A stretch of DNA of 64,000 nucleotides from an uncultured virus (IMG/VR IMGVR_UViG_3300044643_002701) (Duplodnaviria > Heunggongvirae > Uroviricota > Caudoviricetes): IMG/VR virus record IMGVR_UViG_3300044643_002701; one strand, written 5' to 3'. The notes under the pieces were generated by a model that ran no database searches, was not told where the DNA came from, and saw only the letters and a list, made by a program, of their open reading frames with translations. This document shows, in pieces, positions 20,155 through 30,852 of this stretch; within the stretch, counting starts at the first letter, position 1; every line of letters begins with the position of its first letter. A program made the position numbers and the translations under genes.

Positions 20155-20851
20155 CGCACAAGGAATAGGGGATAAAATACAATTCTCATCTCTTCCGGAA
20201 ATTATATTTCACAATACAAATAAAAAAGTTATAGATTATAATAATTGTTGGGTATTTGACCACAATCCCTATGTCATTAGGGGTAATCATGATTATGATA
20301 AAATCATAAATCCTTGGGATATATCTCATTCATATAAGGCAGATTATTATCTCTCTATTTCTGAAAGATTTTTTAAAAACAGCGAGTTTTCAGATTTTAA
20401 AATAACTTTAAGACATCCTAGATTATATAAGTTTGAAGATATAAAAATTATACCCAATAGAGTAGTTATCCATACAACAGGCAAAAGTGAGGGAGGGCAA
20501 ATTAATGACGAGGTGCTCCATCATATTAAAAATACTTATTCAAATTTCGAGATTATTCAAATAGGTGGTTTAGATGACAAGCCAACAGAATTTATAAATA
20601 AATTAGGATTGAGTCTCTGGGAGACGGCTGAAATTATTGCCAGCTCGTCTATTTTTATAGGGGTCAACAGCGGTATGATGAATATTGCAAACTGTTACCC
20701 AAGAATAAATAGAAAAATAATATTAAATAGAGATGATTTAGATACCATATCGCCACTCAATCCAAATACCGGATGGCTTGATTATAATGTTCAATATTTC
20801 AATCAAACACAATTTGATATCGGTACTACATACTCATTTTTAAAACTATGA
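20135..20851 (+). CDS. GT9-like glycosyltransferase
   Basis: QGIGDKI, FDHNPYV, IIQIGG, FIGVNSGMMNIA; likely start 20135. Confidence 0.7.
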   Translation: MIALINNAQGIGDKIQFSSLPEIIFHNTNKKVIDYNNCWVFDHNPYVIRGNHDYDKIINPWDISHSYKADYYLSISERFFKNSEFSDFKITLRHPRLYKFEDIKIIPNRVVIHTTGKSEGGQINDEVLHHIKNTYSNFEIIQIGGLDDKPTEFINKLGLSLWETAEIIASSSIFIGVNSGMMNIANCYPRINRKIILNRDDLDTISPLNPNTGWLDYNVQYFNQTQFDIGTTYSFLKL

Positions 20852-21663
20852 TAATAGATTGCTTCACATTCTGGAAAGAGCTAGATATTTTAGAAATAAG
20901 GCTCAACGAACTATATTCCACTGTTGATTATTTTGTGCTCGTGGAAGCTACCCACACACAAAGTCTGCAGCCAAAGCCATTATATTTTGAAGAAAATAAA
21001 CAAAAGTTTTCTAAGTTTCTAGACAAGATTATACATATAAAGGTAGAAAATACCGTAGATATTTCTCAATATCCTTGGGCCTTCGAGAACTATCAAAGAT
21101 CCTGTATATCCCAAGGCTTAAATCGGCTTAATCTTGATGACAATGATATTGTCCTTATTTCGGATGTTGATGAGATACCGAGCGCAAACGCACTTAAAAA
21201 TTACCTACCAAATCTAAATGAAATTTTATGCTTTGGAATGACATACAATGTTTATTATTTAAATTTAATCATGAGACATAAAGTGTGGACTGGCACCGTG
21301 GCAACAAAATGGAAATTTGCCAAACAAATAGACCCACACCCCCTTATTAAGGTAAGAGACAGGCTTCCTCAAAGTTTAATAATACCAAATACCGGATGGC
21401 ATTTGGGGTACCAAGGTGGAGAAGAGATAATCTTTGAAAAATATTTTTCATGTATAGAGCCATTTAATAAAAACGACATTCCGTCGAAAGAGCTGTTTTC
21501 ACAAGTATTTAAAGAATATGCCAGAAATGGTGGATGTTTTATTTTCTGTGACAACTTATCTCGCAAAGATTTGACGCTAGATCAAATAGAAATTAAGTCT
21601 GGAAACTTACCAGATTTTATTATAAACAATCAAGATAAATTTAAATCTTATTTACTATCATGA
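20848..21663 (+). CDS. GT17 (MGAT3-like) N-acetylglucosaminyltransferase
   Basis: DCFTFWKELDILEIRLNEL, VDYFVLVEA, ENYQR, SDVDEIP, GWHL. Confidence 0.8.
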   Translation: MIIDCFTFWKELDILEIRLNELYSTVDYFVLVEATHTQSLQPKPLYFEENKQKFSKFLDKIIHIKVENTVDISQYPWAFENYQRSCISQGLNRLNLDDNDIVLISDVDEIPSANALKNYLPNLNEILCFGMTYNVYYLNLIMRHKVWTGTVATKWKFAKQIDPHPLIKVRDRLPQSLIIPNTGWHLGYQGGEEIIFEKYFSCIEPFNKNDIPSKELFSQVFKEYARNGGCFIFCDNLSRKDLTLDQIEIKSGNLPDFIINNQDKFKSYLLS

Positions 21664-22634
21664 GAATCGGACTAATTGGTTTTGGCTATTGGGGGCCAAA
21701 TGTAGCAAAAAACCTATGCTTAATAGAAGATATTAGCTTTAACGTCATTGTGGATAAAGAGAAAAAAAATAGAGAAAAAGCTAAAAAACTTTTTCCTAAT
21801 ATAAATATACACCAAGATATGAAAGACGCATTGCAACATGCGGATGCCTTCATAATTGCAACACCCATTGAATCCCACTTTCCAATTGCGAGATTTTTAC
21901 TAGAAAACCAGAAGCATGTTTTAATTCAAAAACCGATGGCACATTCTGAAGAATGCTGTTCTATATTGAACTCTATTGCTAAAAATAATAAATTGATACT
22001 AATGGTAGCACATACATTTTTATTTTCGCCATCAATACGAAAAATAAAAAAAGATATAGAAAATAAGGAATATGGTAATTTAAATTATATATCATCTTGT
22101 CGAGTAAACCTTGGGTTATTTCAGCGACATCATAACGTTATATGGGATTTAGCTCCACACGATTTCAGCATAATACGATACCTCTATAATCGAAAACCCA
22201 AATATATTTCAGCAATCGGCCAATCACATACTCCATCAAAACTAATAGATTGTGCAAATATTACAATTGGTTATGACACTAATTTTCTAGCCATGATCAA
22301 TATCAACTGGCTATCTGCGATTAAAATTAGAGATATTGTTATTGGTGGAGATAAAAAAATGGCACTATACGACGACAGCTCATTAGAAAAAGTTAAAATC
22401 TATGATTCTGGAGTAGAATATAATAATGATGTTTTTACATATCGAAAGGGAGATATTTATATTCCTAAACTAGAAGAAAAAGAATCTATTTATTTTGAAT
22501 GTTTGGAATTTATAAACTCCATTAAAAAGAAAAAACAACCAATTTCAAATGGACTTTTTGGACAAGAAGTGGTAAAAATGATTGAAGCAACAAACGAATC
22601 TATCAAAAAAAACGGTCAACCAATCTATTTATGA
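21660..22634 (+). CDS. Gfo/Idh/MocA oxidoreductase (WbpB-like sugar 3-dehydrogenase)
   Basis: GFGYWG, HVLIQKP, WDLAPHD. Confidence 0.85.
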   Translation: MRIGLIGFGYWGPNVAKNLCLIEDISFNVIVDKEKKNREKAKKLFPNINIHQDMKDALQHADAFIIATPIESHFPIARFLLENQKHVLIQKPMAHSEECCSILNSIAKNNKLILMVAHTFLFSPSIRKIKKDIENKEYGNLNYISSCRVNLGLFQRHHNVIWDLAPHDFSIIRYLYNRKPKYISAIGQSHTPSKLIDCANITIGYDTNFLAMININWLSAIKIRDIVIGGDKKMALYDDSSLEKVKIYDSGVEYNNDVFTYRKGDIYIPKLEEKESIYFECLEFINSIKKKKQPISNGLFGQEVVKMIEATNESIKKNGQPIYL

Positions 22635-23074
22635 AAAACGTCTCTTTAGGAAAAAATGTCACAATACATCCATATACAAATATATATGGATGCAATATAG
22701 GAGATAATACAGCCGTGGGGCCATTTGTCGAAATACAAAGTAATGTTAAAATTGGCAAAAACTGTAAAATACAGTCGCATTCTTTTATTTGCGAGGGCGT
22801 TAAAATAAAAGATAATTGTTTTGTTGGTCACGGAGTAATATTTTGCAATGATAAATTACCAAGAGCAACAGTTAATGGTAAGTTAAAAAGCAAAGATGAC
22901 TGGACTCTAGAAGAAACCATAGTTCAAAATGGCGCATCAATAGGAAGTAACTCTACAATATTGGGCGGTATTACAATTGGCCAAAACTCACTAATCGGCG
23001 CAGGAAGCGTTGTTACTAAAAATATTCCATCCAATCAAATTTGGGCGGGTAATCCAGCTAAATTTATAAAATAA
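22631..23074 (+). CDS. Hexapeptide-repeat N-acetyltransferase (WbpD-like)
   Basis: IGKNCKIQSHSFICEGV, FCND, GAGSVVTK, WAGNPA. Confidence 0.85.
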   Translation: MKNVSLGKNVTIHPYTNIYGCNIGDNTAVGPFVEIQSNVKIGKNCKIQSHSFICEGVKIKDNCFVGHGVIFCNDKLPRATVNGKLKSKDDWTLEETIVQNGASIGSNSTILGGITIGQNSLIGAGSVVTKNIPSNQIWAGNPAKFIK

Positions 23075-23075
23075 T

Positions 23076-24170
23076 ATGAAAGTTAATTTTTTTGACTTAA
23101 ATCCAATAAACTCACTAATTAAAGATGAGGTTATAAAAAAAATATCCACATTAATTGACTCCAGCTCCTTTATTGATGGCAATGCGGTAAAAAATTTTGA
23201 GCAAGAATTCGCAGATTTTTGTGGAGCTAAATATTGTGTTTGTGTGAACAATGGCACCAGTGCGCTTCATCTGGCATTAAAAAGTATTGGTAAAAATTTA
23301 TCAACAAACAAAGTTGCAACTCCGCCGAATTCATTTTTTGCAACATCTGCCGCAATAAAATACTGCAACATAGACCCACTATTCATAGATACCAATGATA
23401 GTCAAAACATTGATACGGAAAAGTTATCTGAACAAATAAATGAATATGATGGAGTTATGCCTGTTAGTTTATATGGAAACCCTTGTGACCTATCATCAAT
23501 AGACAGTCTAGCAAAAAATAATGAGAAGTTTGTTATTCACGATGCCTGTCAAGCACACGGAGCTAAACATAATGGTGAAAATATTTGTAACTATTCAGAC
23601 GCTACATGCTTTAGCTTTTATCCATCAAAAAACCTTGGAACCTTTGGAGAGGGCGGGGCTATATTAACCAATAATCAATCGCTATATGAAGAGCTGGTTC
23701 AATTAAAAAATCATGGGCAAAAAACAAGATATTATCATGATATAATTGGCTATAACTATAGAATGAACGAGATTCAGGCAGAGGTTCTCTCTGTTAAATT
23801 AAAATATCTAAATGAATGGACTGATGAAAGAATAACCATAGCCAATAGATATAGAAAGAATCTATCGTCTAATTCTAAAATTAGACTTTTAAATGTAAAC
23901 AGCAACGATAAATGCGTATATCACCTATTTCCAATCTTTACGGAATACAAACAGGATTTAATCAATTTATTTAATAAAGCAAATATTCAATACGGCTTTC
24001 ATTATCCCGTCCCCATATACGATCAAAAACCCTTTGAATATCTAAATCTGAACAAAAAACTGTTTCCAAAAACCGAAAGTTCAAAAAATGAGCAAATCAG
24101 TCTTCCTCTTTACGTGGGAATGACAAATGATGAGATTGACTATGTTAGCGAAGTGGTTAATAGGTTATAG
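23076..24170 (+). CDS. DegT/DnrJ/EryC1/StrS aminotransferase (WbpE-like)
   Basis: NNGTSAL, DACQAHGA, FSFYPSKNLGTFGEGG (Schiff-base Lys present). Confidence 0.9.
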   Translation: MKVNFFDLNPINSLIKDEVIKKISTLIDSSSFIDGNAVKNFEQEFADFCGAKYCVCVNNGTSALHLALKSIGKNLSTNKVATPPNSFFATSAAIKYCNIDPLFIDTNDSQNIDTEKLSEQINEYDGVMPVSLYGNPCDLSSIDSLAKNNEKFVIHDACQAHGAKHNGENICNYSDATCFSFYPSKNLGTFGEGGAILTNNQSLYEELVQLKNHGQKTRYYHDIIGYNYRMNEIQAEVLSVKLKYLNEWTDERITIANRYRKNLSSNSKIRLLNVNSNDKCVYHLFPIFTEYKQDLINLFNKANIQYGFHYPVPIYDQKPFEYLNLNKKLFPKTESSKNEQISLPLYVGMTNDEIDYVSEVVNRL

Positions 24171-24196
24171 CTTTTTTATTATTATCAATTATTTAT

Positions 24197-25060
24197 ATGA
24201 AAATATGGGGAACTAGATTCAGTCTAATTGGGGATATTATAATGTCCTTGCCAATACTAGAGTATATTCACGAGCAATATGGAGAATACTATTCGTATTT
24301 TTGCGTGGCACAAAAATGCCAACAGGCTATACCATTATTTCTTAATCAGCCATTGATTAATGAAATTAAAATAAGCGATCATTATGAAGATTTAGGCGAT
24401 CTTGATAGAGAAATTATTTCTAAATGTGATTTAGCGCTCAACGTCAAGCCATCCGTTCCATTCGAGAAAAGTGGAATGCAAGACTGGTACAATTATAGGT
24501 CTTGTGTTGAAGAAGTCGCGTTGATGGCCGGATTTGATCCACATAACTTTACGAATAGGGTTCCAAAATTAATACAATACTGGGAAGATGATATAATCGC
24601 AAAAGATGACTCAAAACGTATTGTTATATGGCCATTTGCTGGATATGGACAAGGAACACAAAGAAGCCCATCGGCAAGCTGGTGGCAAAAATGTGTTCAT
24701 ATATTAATAAATGACTTTAATTATAAAATAATTCATGCGGGGGTAGACTCTGAGCCCACAATAATAGATCACCCCAATTATACAAGAATTACATCCTTAT
24801 CGTTTTTTAAGCAAATTCAAGAATCACTTAAATGCGATATGGCAATAGGAACAGATTCTGGGTCGATGTGGGTTATTGGCGCATATTCCAAAATACCACA
24901 AATTAACCTATTAACAAACTGGTTTTTTTATCATCACACGAATCCACTAGCACTTGCTCCGGCTGGCAATAAAACTATTAATTTATTTGCACCAAACGGT
25001 TGTGATAACATTAGTATAAACGAATTAATACAAAAAATAAATGAAAATATTTGCATATAA
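24197..25060 (+). CDS. GT9-like glycosyltransferase
   Basis: SLIGDIIMSLP; AIGTDSG. Confidence 0.7.
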   Translation: MKIWGTRFSLIGDIIMSLPILEYIHEQYGEYYSYFCVAQKCQQAIPLFLNQPLINEIKISDHYEDLGDLDREIISKCDLALNVKPSVPFEKSGMQDWYNYRSCVEEVALMAGFDPHNFTNRVPKLIQYWEDDIIAKDDSKRIVIWPFAGYGQGTQRSPSASWWQKCVHILINDFNYKIIHAGVDSEPTIIDHPNYTRITSLSFFKQIQESLKCDMAIGTDSGSMWVIGAYSKIPQINLLTNWFFYHHTNPLALAPAGNKTINLFAPNGCDNISINELIQKINENICI

Positions 25061-26060
25061 CGCACAATTAAACGATACTAAAGAATTTGGATCATTCACA
25101 GTTGTAGCGAGAAAATTAAACGAACAATTTAAAAAACTAAACGTATTAGGAGAAGAGAGCGATCCAGATACATTTGTTATTTTTCCCGAAGTTTTTGCTA
25201 CAGAAAAAAGATGGAACAAACAAATTCCGCTTTTGGCTTGTGAATATAGCCTATCACCACAGATAGTTATTGATAAATTAAAAGCCTATAATCCACAAGT
25301 TTTGGCAATAAGTGATTTTGCAAAAAAAAATCTAATAAATTCTGGATATGAAAAAGTAGAAACTGTTCACTTGGGCACCGACCCAGATATATGGCATAGA
25401 ACTAAGCATGAAAAATTTCCTACATTCACATACTTAACTGTAAATAGTAGCAATGACCGAAGTGGATTTGAAAAACTCTTACCTGCATTTATTGAATTTA
25501 GCAAAGATAAAAATGTTAATCTAATAATTAAAGATGGACAAAACAGTAATTTTGAAAACTATATTAAATCATTAAATAATACAAAAATAATATATATAGG
25601 GGGCATACTAGCGGAGGACAAGCTACGAGAGCTATATAATAGGTGTCATGTATTTATATATGCAAACAACACCACTTCTTTTGGGATGAATATTTTAGAC
25701 GCCGCATTATGCGAAATACCTATTATAGCTACATTAGGATCCGCAGTAAAAGAATTTTTACCAGAATGGACACAACCCATCAAGATAAAAACCGAAATAA
25801 AAAAACTTGACGCACAATCCATACGTGAGTGGAATTCAATTGGTATAAATAGTTTTCCAGAAAGTTTTTTATCAATATTTGGAGGAGATATATATGCAGA
25901 AAGGGTCATACAACAAGATATCTTTAACTCTCTAGAGTTTTCTTTTAAAAACTATCAGGACTATTGTATAATTTCTAAACAGTATAAAGATTTTGTTTTA
26001 GCGAATTATACTTGGGAAATTTGCGCAAAAAACATAGTCAATAAACTATCAAAATTATGA
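25041..26060 (+). CDS. GT4 glycosyltransferase
   Basis: LRELYNRCHVFI..TSFGMNILDAALCEIPIIAT. Confidence 0.7.
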   Translation: MKIFAYNAQLNDTKEFGSFTVVARKLNEQFKKLNVLGEESDPDTFVIFPEVFATEKRWNKQIPLLACEYSLSPQIVIDKLKAYNPQVLAISDFAKKNLINSGYEKVETVHLGTDPDIWHRTKHEKFPTFTYLTVNSSNDRSGFEKLLPAFIEFSKDKNVNLIIKDGQNSNFENYIKSLNNTKIIYIGGILAEDKLRELYNRCHVFIYANNTTSFGMNILDAALCEIPIIATLGSAVKEFLPEWTQPIKIKTEIKKLDAQSIREWNSIGINSFPESFLSIFGGDIYAERVIQQDIFNSLEFSFKNYQDYCIISKQYKDFVLANYTWEICAKNIVNKLSKL

Positions 26061-26401
26061 TAAATCTTCAAGTAGACGAGGCCTATGCATTTGATTATCT
26101 TTCGATAATGGAAGTAAAAAAGAGCCTTGTGCCCTCTCCATTAAGAGTAGAAGGGTACGAAAAATGCCTTAATTTTCTGCGCAGTCAGGTATCAGATATC
26201 GACGCGATACTTTCCTCACAAGAGTATAAAAAACTTTATGAATCAAATGTTCATACTTTTAATTTAGTTGATAAAGCAAGAAATAGTGGAGATGTGACCG
26301 CAAAAGAAGTAGATGACGCTAATATGGAAAGATTCCACTGCAAGCAGGCTTTACAAAAATCGTTTTTTTCTACAGACCTTATCGAGACCAAGATACTATA
26401 A
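26057..26401 (+). CDS. DUF6165-like helical protein, typical of sugar clusters
   Basis: VDEAYAFDYLSIMEVK..N..RF..K pattern. Confidence 0.45.
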   Translation: MINLQVDEAYAFDYLSIMEVKKSLVPSPLRVEGYEKCLNFLRSQVSDIDAILSSQEYKKLYESNVHTFNLVDKARNSGDVTAKEVDDANMERFHCKQALQKSFFSTDLIETKIL

Positions 26402-26403
26402 AT

Positions 26404-27576
26404 ATGAAATGGTTCTTAAATATAAATAATTTCTCAATATTTGACAAAATCAAAATTTGCTTGTTTTTACTAAACCCTAAAAATAGGTGGACTCAAGATA
26501 ATCAAGTTAAATTATTTGAGAAAAAGTTTGCGAAATTTGTTGGGTCTAAATATGCAGTATTTGTCTCTAGTGGGTCAACAGCAAACACCTTAATCGCACA
26601 ATATTACAAAAGCATACAGAAAAATAATAATAAAAATATCATAGTACTGCCTTCTACCACATGGCAGACATCATGTGCGCCTTGGGTTCAGGCTGGCTTC
26701 GAGCCACATTTTATAGATATATCTATGACAGATTTTAGTATAGATAAGATTAAACTCGAAGAATACGTTAAGAATAACCATGAAAAAATTGCCTGCATTT
26801 TTCCCACCTCTTTGATTGGGTATGTTCCAGATATGCAGTTTTATTTAAATTTAAAAAACACGTATAATGTTAACATAGCCTTTGATAACTGCGAGAATAC
26901 CCTCGGAACCTATAACAATAATAACATTTCTTCATTTTTTACTTCATCTACTTCTACATATTTCGGGCATCAAGTTCAATCAATAGAAGGCGGATTTATA
27001 TTTACAAATTCAGATAAGGAATACCATTTTTATCTAATGAATAGAAATCATGGAATGACAAGAAGTCTTTCTGTATATGGAATTGATAATAGTAAATATA
27101 TAAACAAAAAAGTTGATTCACTATTTGATTTTTATTCCCTAGGAAATAATTTCAGAAATACAGACTTAAATGCATTTATTGGGCAATTAGATTTTAATAG
27201 AATTAATTTTTATGCAACAAAAAGAAAAGAACTTTATTCCTACTTTAATCTAGACTCAACAAAATTTTACCTACCAAATTCAAATAGAAATGCCGTAACT
27301 TCAGACGTTCCATTTTGCTTCCCCATAATTATAAAGGATTCTAATACAGAGTTATTCAATAAAGCTCTGGAATTATGTAAAAAAAATGGCATTGAATACC
27401 GTCCGATTATTTCTGGATATTTAGGATATCAAACTTGTTATAAAAAATTCTTCAAGTCCCAAAAAGACTATCCTAATTCTATCTATATCCATAAATATGG
27501 ATTTTATATTGGCCTGCATTCTGGCGTAACAAAGAAACAAATCATTAATTTTGTAGATAAATTAAACAATTTGTGA
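26404..27576 (+). CDS. ColD/RfbH-type PLP-dependent NDP-4-keto-6-deoxysugar 3-dehydratase
   Basis: GSKYAVFVSSGSTAN, DNCE, YFGHQVQSIEGG (His at the Lys position), RNHGMTR. Confidence 0.75.
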   Translation: MKWFLNINNFSIFDKIKICLFLLNPKNRWTQDNQVKLFEKKFAKFVGSKYAVFVSSGSTANTLIAQYYKSIQKNNNKNIIVLPSTTWQTSCAPWVQAGFEPHFIDISMTDFSIDKIKLEEYVKNNHEKIACIFPTSLIGYVPDMQFYLNLKNTYNVNIAFDNCENTLGTYNNNNISSFFTSSTSTYFGHQVQSIEGGFIFTNSDKEYHFYLMNRNHGMTRSLSVYGIDNSKYINKKVDSLFDFYSLGNNFRNTDLNAFIGQLDFNRINFYATKRKELYSYFNLDSTKFYLPNSNRNAVTSDVPFCFPIIIKDSNTELFNKALELCKKNGIEYRPIISGYLGYQTCYKKFFKSQKDYPNSIYIHKYGFYIGLHSGVTKKQIINFVDKLNNL

Positions 27577-27588
27577 TATAGTAAACAC

Positions 27589-28326
27589 ATGATAGAGAGG
27601 ATTAAAAATTTACTAACGCCATATTATATAAATGATTTAAAAAGATATGGTGGAAATTCTGATGGGGGCTATATATTAAGCGAGTCTTTACTTAATAATT
27701 CTAATATCATATACTCTTATGGAGTTGGGCCAGAGGAGCATTATATTAATTTTGACAAGCATATGTCGTTTTTAAATAAAAAGGTTTATTTATACGATGC
27801 ATCAATAAATGGCCTTTGGGGAAATGATCCAAATTTCATCTTTAAAAAAGAGTATGTTAACTCTAAAAACATACTAACCCATATAAGTGAGAATGGGCAC
27901 TTATCTGAAACAGAAATGATTCTTAAAATGGATATCGAAGGAAATGAATTTGACACTATTATTAATAGCGAATCAACACTGTTTAAATATTTTAATCAAA
28001 TTACCATTGAAGTTCATGATATATTAAATTCACATGACGAAGCAAATTTGGTTATTAACAATGATAACGAAGAAAAAAGATGGCTCAATAAGATCAACTT
28101 GTTTGAGAAATTAAATAGCTACTATAAATTAGTTCATATTCATGGCAATAATTATTCCAGAGCAAAAACTAACGGAATTTGTGATGTAGTTGAATTAACT
28201 TACATTAGAAATGACACATTTAAGAATGATCTCGAAATTTCAAAATTACAATGCCCAATTCCAGAATTAGACTTTCCCAATAACCCATACGATAACGATG
28301 TACAAATGAACTGGTGGATTAAATGA
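27589..28326 (+). CDS. FkbM-family SAM methyltransferase
   Basis: RYGGNSDGGY, YSYGVG, LKMDIEGNE, QITIEVH, HIHGNN. Confidence 0.75.
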   Translation: MIERIKNLLTPYYINDLKRYGGNSDGGYILSESLLNNSNIIYSYGVGPEEHYINFDKHMSFLNKKVYLYDASINGLWGNDPNFIFKKEYVNSKNILTHISENGHLSETEMILKMDIEGNEFDTIINSESTLFKYFNQITIEVHDILNSHDEANLVINNDNEEKRWLNKINLFEKLNSYYKLVHIHGNNYSRAKTNGICDVVELTYIRNDTFKNDLEISKLQCPIPELDFPNNPYDNDVQMNWWIK

Positions 28327-28739
28327 AATTCAAAAATATATACGGCAGGGAAGTTAATAAAAACATTATTCCCTATATAGTTAACTGGCAAAAAAAAGTT
28401 GGCAGTAACGCACAGACTAATGTTAAAAAATTCTTTGCCCAATACTGGGTCGGGCATATAGTCTGCGAAGAATTTCCGGTACTAGGCAGTAAGATGAGAT
28501 GCGATCTCATTAATTTCACAAAAAAAATTGCCATAGAGACACACGGTCAACAGCATGACAAGTTCGTACCATTCTTCCACAAGAATAGAACAAACTTTAA
28601 AAATAGCTTTAAACGGGATTTGGTTAAATATAATTGGCTAGAGCTTAATGGTTTTAAAGTAATTGAAATATTTGACAACGAAATAAAGCACCTCACACCA
28701 GACTGGCTCAAAGAAAAATTTGGAATAGAAATAATTTAA
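28323..28739 (+). CDS. PD-(D/E)XK (Vsr/DUF559-like) endonuclease
   Basis: EEFP..RCDL..IAIETHGQQH..RD..K. Confidence 0.65.
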   Translation: MKFKNIYGREVNKNIIPYIVNWQKKVGSNAQTNVKKFFAQYWVGHIVCEEFPVLGSKMRCDLINFTKKIAIETHGQQHDKFVPFFHKNRTNFKNSFKRDLVKYNWLELNGFKVIEIFDNEIKHLTPDWLKEKFGIEII

Positions 28740-28775
28740 TTTACATACGGATAAATATACTCTATCATTGAAGGT

Positions 28776-29384
28776 ATGAGTATTTTTTATATAGGTATAG
28801 GAGGAGTTGCGAGATCTGGCAAGGACAGTTTTGCTAACAATCTTCTTGATATTTTAAAAGAAAACAATTTTAATGCAATTAAAAGCTCGCTAGCAGAGCC
28901 CTTGAAGCACGATTGCAAGGAATTTATTTCATCTAAACTTGGTCTCGATGTCTGGACGGACAAAACAGAAGAAAAGGCTATTTTTAGAGAGATGTTGGTA
29001 TGGTATGGAAAAGTCAAAAGACAACAATCAGAAGGCCAATATTGGACAAATCTTCTAACAAAAAGAGTCGAAATGGCCGCTCCAGAGATCTGTATTGTTC
29101 CAGATGTGAGATACCTCCAATATCCAGAAGACGAGGTTTTTTGGCTGAAAAACAAGATGAATGGAATTCTTATTCATATAGAAAGAAAAGACATCAATGG
29201 AGACATTGTTCCGCCAGCAAATATGGACGAATCAATTAATGATAAATTAATTAAAGACAATGCTGATTACTCTGTAGTCTGGCCCACATATGCTCCAGAT
29301 GATCTTTCTAGTCTTGCCAACGAAGTAAAAAAGGTTTACCATGAGTTTATAGAAAAAAATATATATGCAGCAAAAAATTCGTAG
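28776..29384 (+). CDS. Deoxynucleoside monophosphate kinase
   Basis: GVARSGKDS, SLAEPLK, VPDVRY; upstream promoter TTTACA-N17-TATCAT at 28740-28768. Confidence 0.8.
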   Translation: MSIFYIGIGGVARSGKDSFANNLLDILKENNFNAIKSSLAEPLKHDCKEFISSKLGLDVWTDKTEEKAIFREMLVWYGKVKRQQSEGQYWTNLLTKRVEMAAPEICIVPDVRYLQYPEDEVFWLKNKMNGILIHIERKDINGDIVPPANMDESINDKLIKDNADYSVVWPTYAPDDLSSLANEVKKVYHEFIEKNIYAAKNS

Positions 29385-30852
29385 CGTTAATGTAGAAAAA
29401 CACGTACTTGCGGGCTTTATTAAGCATCCAAAGGTATACCACGATGTTTCTCATTTTATAAATGAGCAGGATTTCACTAATGGGCATAAGACTATTTTTA
29501 GTGTCGTCAAAAATCAGATCATGCATAACCAGCCATTGGATGCGGTGATCCTGTCAGAAAAGATTAAAAATCTAGGCATTACATTTAACAAACAGGATTT
29601 CAATATCTTTGACTACATTGAAGGGTTGTCATTTATCAAAATCAGCGAAAAGTCTCTTTTAGAAGCATGCAAGGAGCTTAAGACAGTCACTATTCGTAGG
29701 GAAATTTTTGAAACATCGTCACAAATCCAAGAGGCAATGTTAAATTCTGGAGATCAGAATCCAGATCAAATTATCAGTTTGGCGGATAAGATGTACAATG
29801 ATAAGATAAGTGCATATGATCTAGATGTAAAGCCAGAAGACTTGTTTGCAAATATCGAGCAACTAATCGAGGAGAGAGCAAACGCTCCAGTAGCAGAACT
29901 CGGATACATGACTCCGTACAAGCAATTTAATCAAATGTATGGCGGATTAAGGCCCGGCGAACTCTACGCTTGGGTATCTAGGCCAAAGCATGGTAAAAGC
30001 ACTATCCTAAACGATATCGCAACCAAGTCTACTGTTATTAATCCCAACATGCGCGCATTGATTCTTGATACGGAAATGCAGACCAATGTTATGAAGTTTC
30101 GTATCGCCAGTAGTATAACTGGTATTCCAATGTGGTATCTAGAAACTGGTAATTTTAAAAACAATAAAGAACTATTGGCAAGATGGAATAGCAAGAAGAC
30201 AGAGCTTTCTCTAATTCAAGGAAGGGTTAATCACATGCAAGTCGCTGGAAAACCAGTTCAAGAAATTGAATCTATTATCCAAAGATGGTATCTAAGTGAA
30301 GTTGGTCGTGGTAATCCAGCTATGGTTGTTTATGACTATATTAAACTAACTGGCGAAACTGGAGATAAAAACAAACAAGAGTATCAATTAATTGGCGACA
30401 AGGTAGACTCTTTAAAAAATCTATCGGTTAGATTAAACATACCATTATTGACTGCCTGTCAGTTAAATAGGAATGCTGAAAATGGTGCAGATGATAGTTC
30501 CGCTATTTCTCAGAGTGATCGTTTGCAATGGTTCGCCGCATATGTTGGCATCTTTAGAAGGAAGACCCTAGAGGAACAGGCTGAAGATGGTATTCAGTAT
30601 GGTACACACAAGATGATTGAACTTGCGGCTAGATATCAAGGTAAAAATGCTCATGGGCACAGTGACTTGATTAAGGTTAAAGATGGTAACCAGTTCAAGT
30701 ATAAAAAGAATTTCATTTCATTTAATGTAAATAATTTCGATGTACAAGAGAAGGGAACCTTACAGGACATTGTAGACTCAAAGTCTGGAGTGAAGATTGA
30801 TATCTTTGATCGGGATTATAAAGAGGGTGATGACAATGAGGAATTGCTATGA
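29365..30852 (+). CDS. dnaB: Replicative DNA helicase
   Basis: GGLRPGEL, RPKHGKS, DTEM, VVYDYIKL, CQLNR. Confidence 0.9.
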   Translation: MQQKIRSVNVEKHVLAGFIKHPKVYHDVSHFINEQDFTNGHKTIFSVVKNQIMHNQPLDAVILSEKIKNLGITFNKQDFNIFDYIEGLSFIKISEKSLLEACKELKTVTIRREIFETSSQIQEAMLNSGDQNPDQIISLADKMYNDKISAYDLDVKPEDLFANIEQLIEERANAPVAELGYMTPYKQFNQMYGGLRPGELYAWVSRPKHGKSTILNDIATKSTVINPNMRALILDTEMQTNVMKFRIASSITGIPMWYLETGNFKNNKELLARWNSKKTELSLIQGRVNHMQVAGKPVQEIESIIQRWYLSEVGRGNPAMVVYDYIKLTGETGDKNKQEYQLIGDKVDSLKNLSVRLNIPLLTACQLNRNAENGADDSSAISQSDRLQWFAAYVGIFRRKTLEEQAEDGIQYGTHKMIELAARYQGKNAHGHSDLIKVKDGNQFKYKKNFISFNVNNFDVQEKGTLQDIVDSKSGVKIDIFDRDYKEGDDNEELL

